Program-made: the position numbers and the translations under genes
Assembly (NCBI GenBank): GCA_965200965.1
Contig: OZ241744.1
Coordinates: forward strand, 2,752,001-2,816,000
Reading direction: 5' to 3'
From: an uncultured Candidatus Binatia bacterium
GTDB taxonomy: Bacteria > Desulfobacterota > Binatia > Bin18
Length of the DNA stretch: 64,000 nucleotides
Shown here: piece by piece, positions 1-8,686 of the stretch
How the letters are laid out: each line of letters opens with the position of its first letter
How positions within the stretch are numbered: the stretch's first letter is position 1
Notes under the pieces: generated by a model
What the model was told of the DNA's origin: nothing
The model's input: the letters and a program-made list of their open reading frames with translations, nothing else
Databases searched by the model: none

Positions 1-986
1 ACATCGGGGTTGCGGCCGGCCAGGGCGTAGCGGATTTCGTCGCCGGCCAGAGCGCTTTTCCTGGCCCGGGTGTGGCTCTCGACCAGGATGACTGAGCGGT
101 CCTTGCCCAGCAGGGCCAGGCGGTGGACGGCCCGGTTGAGGCTGACCAGGGTCGGTTCATAGACCAGGACCCGCTCGTCGGCGTGCTCAAAGAGCGAGAC
201 CAGGGTATCGGTATCGGTCATGCCGTCTACAATAACGAGGTGCGAGCGGTTGGCAAGCTGTTCGGTCAGCCATTGGACTGCCCCCGCGGCCGGCTGCGGG
301 GGCAGGCTGTCGCCGGCCCGGTAGCCGTAGACCGAGATGCGGGGCGAGGCCGCGGTCCGCACGCCGTCAATCAGGTCGGGGTTCGGCTCGGCGCTGGCGG
401 CGTTGTCAAGCACTTCTTCGAGACCCCGGGCCGGCTCAACATCGAGCATCAGCGGCAGCGCCCCGGAGGTCCGCTCCAGGTCAAGCGCCGACACATAGCT
501 GCCCTGGCTGGCCGCGGTCCGGGTCGTCACCGCGGCCAGGGTGGTGGCCCCGCTGCCGCCGCATCCGGCAAAGGCGATGACCCGTCCGGCGTACAAGCGG
601 GTCGGGCCGTCGTCGCTTTTGAGGGCGGTTGTCATCGCGTCGTGAATATCGCTGACCGTGACCGGCTTGGGCAGGTAGTCGCTGACCCCGTAGGCCAGCA
701 GTTCGCGGGTGAAGCGGGCCGTGTCGTTGGAGCTGATAGCCACTACCAGGGTACCCAGTTCCACCACGCCGGCCAGTTCGTGGATACGCCCGGCCGGAAA
801 CTCGCTGCCGTCGAGATCAACAAAGATCAAGCGGGGTGAAACCGAGTTGGCCAGGGTCTTGATGGCCGTAACAATATCGCCGCGCTGCACCTGTGCGCCG
901 CGGCCGGCCAGGGCCTCGTTCAGCACCTTTTCGGTGGCCGGGTCTCCGGCAAAGGCGCGGATTTCGTTGTTGTCGGGTGCTTCCAT
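1..986 (-). CDS. cpaE: Tad pilus assembly protein CpaE/TadZ-like (atypical receiver + MinD-like ATPase); runs off window edge
   Basis: Manual translation from ATG at 986: MEAPDNNEIRAFAGD...LIFVDLDG...GVSDYLPKPV...RVIAFAGCGGSGATT...LDL; absent from the ORF track because it is open at the edge; lies in tad locus. Confidence 0.8.
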   Translation of the reverse strand, partial: MEAPDNNEIRAFAGDPATEKVLNEALAGRGAQVQRGDIVTAIKTLANSVSPRLIFVDLDGSEFPAGRIHELAGVVELGTLVVAISSNDTARFTRELLAYGVSDYLPKPVTVSDIHDAMTTALKSDDGPTRLYAGRVIAFAGCGGSGATTLAAVTTRTAASQGSYVSALDLERTSGALPLMLDVEPARGLEEVLDNAASAEPNPDLIDGVRTAASPRISVYGYRAGDSLPPQPAAGAVQWLTEQLANRSHLVIVDGMTDTDTLVSLFEHADERVLVYEPTLVSLNRAVHRLALLGKDRSVILVESHTRARKSALAGDEIRYALAGRNPD

Positions 987-1014
987 ATCAGGATTCGCCG
1001 GCTGCCGGGCTTAT

Positions 1015-1368
1015 TCAGGATGACTGGCCGGTGCGCTCAATCAGAGCGCGCAGAGCGGTCATGGTTTCATCGTGTCGTCTTGTGTCCTCCTCGTGCTGTC
1101 GTTGCAGAGCGGTCATGGTTTCATCGTGTCGTCTTGTGTCCTCGTGGTGCTGCTTGTCCATGGCGGTCATGGTGGCTTCATGTTGCTTGTCCATGGCGGT
1201 CATGGTTTCGTGATGCTGCTTGTCACGGTGGTCGGCAGAGCGGCGCATGAGTTGGAGACCCCCGGCCAGGATGAGGGTCTGGCTGAGGCTGATGAGCAGG
1301 GCGGAGATGTCCACCCAAGTGGGCTGGCTGAGGCGGTCAATGGCTTCGATGATGCCCTGGTATTCCAT
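1015..1368 (-). CDS. Array protein A8 (last transcribed), 117 aa, TM helix + His/Met coiled coil
   Basis: ATG preceded by AAGGGAG; 3x11 + 2x7 aa modules; ends ALRALIERTGQSS. Confidence 0.8.
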   Translation of the reverse strand: MEYQGIIEAIDRLSQPTWVDISALLISLSQTLILAGGLQLMRRSADHRDKQHHETMTAMDKQHEATMTAMDKQHHEDTRRHDETMTALQRQHEEDTRRHDETMTALRALIERTGQSS

Positions 1369-1405
1369 AGGCTGGTGCTCCCTTGCAAGCGGCAAGCTGC
1401 CGGGC

Positions 1406-1741
1406 TTAGTGAGGGGACTGGCCGGTGCGCTCAATCAGGGCGCGCAAGGCGGTCATGGTTTCGTGGTGTCGCCTTGTGTCCTCCTCGTGCTGTCGTTCCA
1501 TCGCGGTCATGGTGGCTTCGTGCTGTCGTTCCATGGCGGTCATGGTGGCTTCATGTTGCTTGTCCATGGCGGTCATGGTTTCGTGATGCTGCTTGTCACG
1601 GTGGTCGGCAGAGCGGCGCATGAGTTGGAGACCCCAGGCCAGGATGAGGGTCTGGCTGAGGCTGATGAGCAGGGCGGAGATATCCACCCAAGTGGGCTGG
1701 CTGAGGCGGTCAATGGCTTCGATGATGCCCTGGTATTCCAC
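1406..1741 (-). CDS. Array protein A7, 111 aa
   Basis: GTG start; 3x11 + 1x7 modules; G>W variant in TM. Confidence 0.8.
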   Translation of the reverse strand: MEYQGIIEAIDRLSQPTWVDISALLISLSQTLILAWGLQLMRRSADHRDKQHHETMTAMDKQHEATMTAMERQHEATMTAMERQHEEDTRRHHETMTALRALIERTGQSPH

Positions 1742-1778
1742 AGGCTGGTGCTCCCTTGCAAGCGGCAAGTTGCCGGGC

Positions 1779-2147
1779 TTAGTGAGGGGACTGGCCGGTG
1801 CGCTCGATCAGGGCGCGCAAGGCGGTCATGGTTTGGTCATGGCGTCTTGTGGCCTCTTCGTGCTGCTTGTCCATCGCGGTCATGGCCTCTTCGTGCTGCT
1901 TGTCCATCGCGGTCATGGCCTCTTCGTGCTGCTTGTCCATCGCGGTCATGGTGGCTTCGTGCTGTCGTTCCATCACGGTCATGGTGGCTTCGTGCTGCTT
2001 GTCGCGGTGGTCGGCAGAGCGGCGCATGAGTTGGAGACCCCCGGCCAGGATGAGGGTCTGGCTGAGGCTGATGAGCAGGGCGGAGATGTCCACCCAAGTG
2101 GGCTGGCTGAGGCGGTCAATGGCTTCGATGATGCCCTGGTATTCCAT
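1779..2147 (-). CDS. Array protein A6, 122 aa
   Basis: ATG start; 4x11 + 1x7 modules. Confidence 0.8.
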   Translation of the reverse strand: MEYQGIIEAIDRLSQPTWVDISALLISLSQTLILAGGLQLMRRSADHRDKQHEATMTVMERQHEATMTAMDKQHEEAMTAMDKQHEEAMTAMDKQHEEATRRHDQTMTALRALIERTGQSPH

Positions 2148-2184
2148 AGGCTGGTGCTCCCTTGCAAGCGGCAAGCTGCCGGGC

Positions 2185-2562
2185 TTAGTGAGGGGACTGG
2201 CCGGTGCGCTCAATCAGGGCGCGCAAGGCGGTCATGGTTTCGTGGTGTCGCCTTGTGTCCTCCTCGTGCTGTCGTTCCATCGCGGTCATGGTTTGGTCAT
2301 GGCGTCTTGTATCCTCCTCGTGCTGTCGTTCCATCGCGGTCATGGTTTCATCGTGTCGTCTTGTGGCCTCGTGGTGCTGCTTGTCCATCGCGGTCATGGT
2401 TTCGTGATGCTGCTTGTCGCGGTGGTCGGCAGAGCGGCGCATGAGTTGGAGGCCCCCGGCCAGGATGAGGGTCTGGCTGAGGCTGATGAGCAGGGCGGAG
2501 ATATCCACCCAAGTGGGCTGGCTGAGGCGGTCAATGGCTTCGATGATGCCCTGGTATTCCAC
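2185..2562 (-). CDS. Array protein A5, 125 aa
   Basis: GTG start; 3x11 + 3x7 modules. Confidence 0.8.
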   Translation of the reverse strand: MEYQGIIEAIDRLSQPTWVDISALLISLSQTLILAGGLQLMRRSADHRDKQHHETMTAMDKQHHEATRRHDETMTAMERQHEEDTRRHDQTMTAMERQHEEDTRRHHETMTALRALIERTGQSPH

Positions 2563-2600
2563 AGGCTGGTGCTCCCTTGGCAAGCGGCAAGTTGCCGGGC

Positions 2601-2969
2601 TTAGTGAGGGGACTGGCCGGTGCGCTCGATCAGGGCGCGCAGGGCGGTCATGGTTTGGTCATGGCGTCTTGTGGCCTCTTCGTGCTGCTTGTCCATCGCG
2701 GTCATGGCCTCTTCGTGCTGCTTGTCCATCGCGGTCATGGTGGCTTCGTGCTGTCGTTCCATCACGGTCATGGTGGCTTCGTGCTGTCGTTCCATCACGG
2801 TCATGGTGGCTTCGTGCTGCTTGTCGCGGTGGTCGGCAGAGCGGCGCATGAGTTGGAGACCCCCGGCCAGGATGAGGGTCTGGCTGAGGCTGATGAGCAG
2901 GGCGGAGATGTCCACCCAAGTGGGCTGGCTGAGGCGGTCAATGGCTTCGATGATGCCCTGGTATTCCAT
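2601..2969 (-). CDS. Array protein A4, 122 aa
   Basis: ATG start; 4x11 + 1x7 modules. Confidence 0.8.
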   Translation of the reverse strand: MEYQGIIEAIDRLSQPTWVDISALLISLSQTLILAGGLQLMRRSADHRDKQHEATMTVMERQHEATMTVMERQHEATMTAMDKQHEEAMTAMDKQHEEATRRHDQTMTALRALIERTGQSPH

Positions 2970-3006
2970 AGGCTGGTGCTCCCTTGCAAGCGGCAAGCTG
3001 CCGGGC

Positions 3007-3330
3007 TTAGTGAGGGGACTGGCCGGTGCGCTCAATCAGGGCGCGCAAGGCGGTCATGGTTTCGTGGTGTCGCCTTGTGTCCTCCTCGTGCTGTCGTTCC
3101 ATCGCGGTCATGGTTTGGTCATGGCGTCTTGTGTCCTCCTCGTGCTGTCGTTCCATCACGGTCATGGTGGCTTCGTGCTGCTTGTCGCGGTGGTCGGCAG
3201 AGCGGCGCATGAGTTGGAGGCCCCAGGCCAGGATGAGGGTCTGGCTGAGGCTGATGAGCAGGGCGGAGATATCCACCCAAGTGGGCTGGCTGAGGCGGTC
3301 AATGGCTTCGATGATGCCCTGGTATTCCAT
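3007..3330 (-). CDS. Array protein A3, 107 aa
   Basis: ATG start; 2x11 + 2x7 modules; G>W variant. Confidence 0.8.
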   Translation of the reverse strand: MEYQGIIEAIDRLSQPTWVDISALLISLSQTLILAWGLQLMRRSADHRDKQHEATMTVMERQHEEDTRRHDQTMTAMERQHEEDTRRHHETMTALRALIERTGQSPH

Positions 3331-3368
3331 AGGCTGGTGCTCCCTTGGCAAGCGGCAAGTTGGCGGGC

Positions 3369-3779
3369 TTAGTGAGGGGACTGGCCGGTGCGCTCAATCA
3401 GAGCGCGCAGAGCGGTCATGGTTTCATCGTGTCGCCTTGTGTCCTCTTCGTGCTGTCGTTCCATCGCGGTCATGGTTTCGTGGTGTCGTCTTGTGTCCTC
3501 TTCGTGCTGTCGTTGCATCGCGGTCATGGTTTCATCGTGTCGTCTTGTGTCCTCGTGGTGTTGCTTGTCCATGGCGGTCATGGTGGCTTCATGTTGCTTG
3601 TCCATGGCGGTCATGGTTTCGTGATGCTGCTTGTCGCGGTGGTCGGCAGAGCGGCGCATGAGTTGGAGGCCCCCGGCCAGGATGAGGGTCTGGCTGAGGC
3701 TGATGAGCAGGGCGGAGATGTCCACCCAAGTGGGCTGGCTGAGGCGGTCAATGGCTTCGATGATGCCCTGGTATTCCAT
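3369..3779 (-). CDS. Array protein A2, 136 aa
   Basis: ATG start; 4x11 + 3x7 modules. Confidence 0.8.
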   Translation of the reverse strand: MEYQGIIEAIDRLSQPTWVDISALLISLSQTLILAGGLQLMRRSADHRDKQHHETMTAMDKQHEATMTAMDKQHHEDTRRHDETMTAMQRQHEEDTRRHHETMTAMERQHEEDTRRHDETMTALRALIERTGQSPH

Positions 3780-3817
3780 AGGCTGGTGCTCCCTTGGCAA
3801 GCGGCAAGCTGCCGGGC

Positions 3818-4153
3818 TTAGTGAGGGGACTGGCCGGTGCGCTCAATCAGGGCGCGCAAGGCGGTCATGGTTTCGTGGTGTCGCCTTGTATCCTCCTCGT
3901 GCTGTCGTTCCATGGCGGTCATGGTGGCTTCATGTTGCTTGTCCATGGCGGTCATGGTGGCTTCGTGCTGTTTGTCCATGGCGGTCATGGTTTCGTGATG
4001 CTGCTTGTCGCGGTGGTCGGCAGAGCGGCGCATGAGTTGGAGGCCCCCGGCCAGGATGAGGGTCTGGCTGAGGCTGATGAGCAGGGCGGAGATGTCCACC
4101 CAAGTGGGCTGGCTGAGGCGGTCAATGGCTTCGATGATGCCCTGGTATTCCAC
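3818..4153 (-). CDS. Array protein A1 (first transcribed), 111 aa
   Basis: GTG start; 3x11 + 1x7 modules; unique upstream sequence. Confidence 0.75.
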   Translation of the reverse strand: MEYQGIIEAIDRLSQPTWVDISALLISLSQTLILAGGLQLMRRSADHRDKQHHETMTAMDKQHEATMTAMDKQHEATMTAMERQHEEDTRRHHETMTALRALIERTGQSPH

Positions 4154-4182
4154 AGGCGGTGATGTTTGTGTGGAGCGGCCGG

Positions 4183-4479
4183 CTACTCAGTGACGATGGT
4201 TGTGACAGCCGGCAGTTCCTTCACTTCGTCGTCGGACCAGCGGGTGTAGGCCCCGGAGGTTGAGCCGTGGGCGTCTCTGGGCCGCTGGCCGGCGGCCTTC
4301 ATGTTTGTGGTGTACACGGTATCGGCGGCGTCAAGCTGGGTGCGGGCTTCTTTGAGCCCGGCCAGGGCGGCGCGGGTTGATGGGAGGGCGGTGCGGTCTA
4401 CGGCCATCGGCAGCACGGCGCAGCCGGCAGCAGCGAGGCTCAGACACAGGGCCAGGGTTGTGGATGTCGTTTGTCTCAT
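4183..4479 (-). CDS. Small lipoprotein downstream of secretin (position where CpaD/RcpB-type genes often lie)
   Basis: MRQTTSTTLALCLSLAAAGC lipobox. Confidence 0.65.
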   Translation of the reverse strand: MRQTTSTTLALCLSLAAAGCAVLPMAVDRTALPSTRAALAGLKEARTQLDAADTVYTTNMKAAGQRPRDAHGSTSGAYTRWSDDEVKELPAVTTIVTE

Positions 4480-4529
4480 GGCGGCACGCTCCACTGCAAT
4501 GCCCACCATATCACAAAGCACCCGCCGGG

Positions 4530-7174
4530 TTAATAATAATAGCCACGCAGGCGGCGGCCAGGGCTGGGCTGGTCGCGGTTGTTGTCCACAGGAGGAAACG
4601 TTTCATCTCGTCCTTGCGGGATGGTGGCGGCGTCGGTCAGCCGGGCGGTGACGACAATAATCAGTTCGGTGGCACTGGAGCGGACCGAGCGGGTGCCGAA
4701 CAGCAGGTTGACGATTGGGATGTCTTTGAGGAGTGGCACTCCGCTTTCGCGCGATTCGCTCTGGTCACGGTACAGGCCGGCGATGACGATGGACTCGCCG
4801 TTGCCGACCTCGACGGTGGTCTCGGCCCGGCGGCCGTCAATGACCGGGATATCTACTCCCGCGGCCCGCAGGGCTTCGGTCTCGGAGCGTTGCGAGACCT
4901 CGGAGCGGACGGTCAGCACAATCCGCCCGCTGTCTACCACGGTCGGCACAAAGTCGAGCAGGACGCCGAACTTCTTATAGGTGAAGATGATCGCCCCGTC
5001 CTCAAAGCCGGCCGGCAGCGGAAACTCGCCGCCGGAAAAGAAGCTGGCGGTTTCGCCCGATACCGCGGTCAGGCTGGGCCGGGCCAGGACGCTGACGAGG
5101 CCGGCGGTGGCCAGGGCGTCGAGCATGGCGGTGACCCGCGTACTGCCGTCGATAACCTGGTTCGTGAAAATCCCCGAGGCCGCGCCACCGGGCAGAGCCG
5201 TCCGCAAGAACTCGCTGGCCTCTTCATCAAGGAAGTCGCGTCCGATGAAGAGGTTTGTCTGGCCCCCACCGGCGTGGGTGTCAACGATCTCCCAGTTGAT
5301 GCCCAGGGCTTCGCTGACGCTGCGGTTCATCTCGGCGATCTGGACCTCGAGGTTGACCTGCTGTGCGCCGGAGACGATGAGGCGGTTGGTGACGGGAACC
5401 TCGCTCGGCAGGGCGGCCACGGCCAGCCGCACGGCCAAGTCGGCCTGGGCTGAGGAGGCGACTGTGCCGCTGAGTTCAACGCCTTGGCTGAGCTGCCGGA
5501 CGGAGATCCCTTTGAGGGCTTCTGCGCCCTCCAGGGCGGTCTGGACCGGGCCGACATCAATCACCGTGGCCACCGTCCAGGCGGCCAGCATCTCGCCGGC
5601 GGCGTCAAGTACGGCGACTGAGGTGCGGCCAATGGCTTTGCCGACGAGGTGCAGGACGCCGGAGGAAACGAGGCTGACATCGGCGATGTCGGGGTTGCCG
5701 ATGAAGACGGAGCCGGCCGGCGCGTCAAGGCGCAGCAGGCGGCTGTGGCCGAGGGGCAGGGTCAGGAGGGGGGCGGTGTGGGGCGGTGCGGGCTCTTCCT
5801 TCCCCTCCGGGGGGGAGGGAAGAAAAGGTGGCTGGGGCGGGCTGCCTGTGGGCGTGGGGCTGGCGGTTTGTGTTCCTCTGTCTGAGGGGGAGGAAGTGGG
5901 GGTGCGTGGCGTTGTACCGGGGGTCTGTGCTCCCTCTCCCCTTGGGGTTTGGGGTGAGGGGTCTTCGGGAGAAGGAACACCTGGGCGGTCCTGGCTGCCT
6001 GGGTCTACAGGAGGAGCGGTAGTGGTTTGCGCGGTTTGTGTGGGAGCGGGTGTCCCCGCTGCCTCTCCCTCTGAGGGGAGGGAAGGAGAGGCGGTTGCGG
6101 CTCGGCGGTGGTCTTTGCGCAGGTCAAGGACAATTTTGGTCATGCCGCCCTGGCGCAGGGGGAAGGTGCGCAGGTGGTAGTCGCCGGTGAGGGTGGCGGT
6201 GAAGGTGCGGCCGTCGGGGTCAAGGACGGCTTGGCTGATGTATGCGCCGAGGTGGTGGCGGATTGGCGCAAAGTCGGTGTGCATCTGCCGGCCAAACTCC
6301 ACGGTGAGGAGTCTGGCGTCCAGGCTGGCGGTGTAGCTGACGGTCTGGGGCCAGTCAAAGACGATGCGGCCGTAGTCGTTATGCGCCCAGGCACGGGTGA
6401 TGACTTGCTCGGCGGCAGCCCCCTCCGCCCGGCCCTCCGCCTCTGGGGGGGCGGTCTGGTCCGGGTCTTGCTCCCTCTCCCCTTGGGGGCTGGGGTGAGG
6501 GGTTGGGGTGGGCTGTGTGGGAGCGGGTGTTCCCGCTGCCTCCTCCTCTGAGGGGAGGGAACGAGAGGCGGCTGTGGCTCGGCGGTGGTCTTTGCGCAGG
6601 TCGAGGACAATTTTGGTCATGCCGCCTTGGCGCAGGGGGAAGGTGCGCAGGTGGTAGTCGCCGGTGAGGGTGGCGGTGAAGGTGCGGCCGTCGGGGTCAA
6701 GGACGGCTTGGCTGATGTATGCGCCGAGGTGGTGGCGGATTGGCGCAAAGTCGGTGTGCATCTGCCGGTCAAACTCCACGGTGAGGAGTCTGGCGTCCAG
6801 GCTGGCGGTGTAGCTGACGGTCTGGGGCCAGTCAAAGACGATGCGGCCGTAGTCGTCGTGCACCCAGGCACGGGTGATGACTTGCTCGGCGGCTGTCCCC
6901 TCTGTCTGGCCCTCCGCCTCTGGGGGGGCAGGAACGGGAAGGTGTGGCCCGCTGTCTGGGGGGGGGGTGGTCCGGGTCTTGCTCCCTCTCCCCTGTGGGG
7001 GTTGGTGTGGGCTGTGTCGGAGCGGGTGTCCCCCCTGCCTTCCCCCTCCAGGGGGGAGGGGATATGTGGCTGCCCGGTCGGCTCGGGGTCTGCCGGCTGG
7101 GCGTTGGCAGTCTTGTTGCCCCCTCCCATCCACAGCAAGAGGGCAACAAGGATTCCACATAGGAGTTTGGGCAC
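4530..7174 (-). CDS. cpaC: Tad secretin CpaC/RcpA with duplicated N-terminal periplasmic domain; 5' end frameshifted
   Basis: VFIGNPDIADV, QQVNLEVQIAE, LARPSLTAVSGETASFFSGGEFP, LLKDIPIVNLLF, TELIIVVT; signal peptide (GTG 7174, MPKLLCGILVALLLWMGGGNKTANA/QP) is in a different frame from the secretin body. Confidence 0.88.
6040..6920 (-). repeat. Internal ~477-bp-period duplication in cpaC (VITRAW...LDLRKDHRRATAAS x2)
   Basis: Two near-identical ~105-aa domains separated by Pro/Thr-rich linkers; boundaries approximate. Confidence 0.9.
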
Positions 7175-7250
7175 TGGCTGTAGCGTATCACATACTGATG
7201 GATAACTACAGCCTGATGCGCGATCAGGCAACGACGGCCCGGACCGCTGT

Positions 7251-7511
7251 TCAGGATGAGTTGCCGGTTGAGTTGCCGGTTGAGTTGCCGGTTGAGTTGC
7301 CACCTTGGTCTCTCGCGGCTGTCACCCCTGCGGCCATATCAGCCCGGAGGCGTGTGAGTGAGTCTACGATTTCCTGCCTAAAGGCTGCCACCGCGGCCCC
7401 GAGACCAAGGGCGACCGCGCCGACCAGCATGGCGTATTCCAGGGCGGAGACAGCCTTGGTGTTGCGGAGATAACGACGGGCGGTTCTGGCGTAGTGTCTG
7501 ATGCGGGTCAT
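7251..7511 (-). CDS. flp: Flp family type IVb/c pilin with C-terminal GNST repeats
   Basis: Basic leader, KA/VSALEYAMLVGAVALGL Flp motif, GGAG RBS upstream. Confidence 0.88.
   Translation of the reverse strand: MTRIRHYARTARRYLRNTKAVSALEYAMLVGAVALGLGAAVAAFRQEIVDSLTRLRADMAAGVTAARDQGGNSTGNSTGNSTGNSS
7258..7301 (-). repeat. 12-bp tandem repeat (GGCAACTCAACC) x~3.7 encoding GNST
   Basis: Directly visible. Confidence 0.9.
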
Positions 7512-7585
7512 GCTTCTTCTCCTTTCCTTACAGAGCGGTGAATACATCATGTAGGGCCTTACATTGCAATTGGGGGCTGTCCCGT

Positions 7586-8077
7586 CTAGTTCAGGCTGGA
7601 TTGTGCAGCAGGGTCGGTGCGTTCAATGAGGACGCGGAGGGCCTCGCCTTGCTGGCGGAGGGCCTCGCCTTGCTGGCGGAGGGCCTCGCCTTGCTGGTGG
7701 AAGGCTTCACCTTGCTGATGGACTGCATCGCGGAAGGCTTCGCCCTGCTGGCGGAGGGCCTCGCCTTGCTGGCGGAGGGCTTCCATTGTCTCGGCGTGCC
7801 GGCGGGCATCGGCCTCCCCTTGGCGGGCAGATTCCTCCCCTTGGTGGGCGAAGGCGGCCATGACTTCCTCGTGCCGCTTTTGGTGCTCTTTCCCTCGTTT
7901 GTCGCTATCCCGGAGCATGTTCCGAATGCCTGACCAGATAATGGCGCATTGGGTGAGGCCGATCACGCCGGTGACGATGATCGAGACGACTTCTGTCCAC
8001 TTTGGCTCGTTGGCCGCCTGTTGGGCGGCCAACATGGCCTGCTGGAAGGCGAGTGTGGCGGTTTCAAACTCGGTCAT
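7586..8077 (-). CDS. TM + coiled-coil repeat protein B2 (163 aa), homologous to array proteins
   Basis: W-TM-Q..I..G..M.R....R.K.H pattern, RQQGEAL heptads, ends ALRVLIERT. Confidence 0.8.
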   Translation of the reverse strand: MTEFETATLAFQQAMLAAQQAANEPKWTEVVSIIVTGVIGLTQCAIIWSGIRNMLRDSDKRGKEHQKRHEEVMAAFAHQGEESARQGEADARRHAETMEALRQQGEALRQQGEAFRDAVHQQGEAFHQQGEALRQQGEALRQQGEALRVLIERTDPAAQSSLN

Positions 8078-8130
8078 GGCCTCTCTTCTAAACGACGGGC
8101 GGTTTTGGCGCAGCGTCTGATGTGGGTCAT
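8074..8130 (-). pseudogene. Truncated second flp pilin (leader only)
   Basis: MTHIRRCAKTARR matches flp leader MTRIRHYARTARR, with similar upstream region and RBS; body replaced by the B cassette. Confidence 0.7.
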
Positions 8131-8184
8131 GCTTCTCCTCTCAAAGAACTGTGATCATAATCATATGGGGCCTTACATTACAAA

Positions 8185-8676
8185 CTAGTTCAGGCTGGAT
8201 TGTGCAGCAGGGTCGGTGCGTTCAATGAGGACGCGGAGGGCCTCGCCTTGCTGGCGGAGGGCTTCGCCTTGCTGGCGGAAGGCTTCACCCTGTTGGCGGA
8301 AGGCTTCACCTTGCTGATGGACTGCATCGCGGAAGGCTTCGCCCTGCTGGCGGAGGGCCTCGCCTTGCTGGCGGAGGGCTTCGCCTTGCTGGCGGAGGGC
8401 TTCCATTGTCTCGGCGTGCCGGCGGGCATCGGCCTCCCCCTGGCGGGCGAAGGCGGCCATGACTTCCTCGTGCCGCTTTTGGTGCTCTTTCCCTCGTTTG
8501 TCGCTATCCCGGAGCATGTTCCGAATGCCTGACCAGATAATGGCGCATTGGGTGAGGCCGATCACGCCGGTGACGATGATCGAGACGACTTCTGTCCACT
8601 TTGGCTCGTTGGCCGCCTGCTGGGCGGCTAACATGGCCTGCTGGAAGGCGAGTGTGGCGGTTTCAAACTCGGTCAT
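8185..8676 (-). CDS. TM + coiled-coil repeat protein B1 (163 aa)
   Basis: Near-identical to 7586-8077 with rearranged heptads. Confidence 0.8.
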   Translation of the reverse strand: MTEFETATLAFQQAMLAAQQAANEPKWTEVVSIIVTGVIGLTQCAIIWSGIRNMLRDSDKRGKEHQKRHEEVMAAFARQGEADARRHAETMEALRQQGEALRQQGEALRQQGEAFRDAVHQQGEAFRQQGEAFRQQGEALRQQGEALRVLIERTDPAAQSSLN

Positions 8677-8686
8677 GGCCTCTCTT

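Larger units (their letters stand above)
1015..4153 (-). repeat. Tandem array of 8 paralogous gene units (361-449 bp period)
   Basis: Near-identical 5' region (MEYQGIIEAIDRLSQPTWVDISALL...), near-identical 37-38 bp spacer with AAGGGAG RBS, variable internal 21/33-bp modules. Confidence 0.97.

Noticed and set aside
123-839. 238-aa plus-strand ORF
   Set aside because: Antisense to the CpaE-like gene.
1015-4153. Array as CRISPR, integron cassette array or DGR target
   Set aside because: Units are coding paralogues with no unique spacers, no attC-like sites, no adenine-specific variation and no integrase or RT nearby.
1020-4193. Many long plus-strand ORFs across the array
   Set aside because: They are antisense shadows of GC-rich repeats that change frame at unit boundaries; the RBS and frame-preserving logic are on the minus strand.
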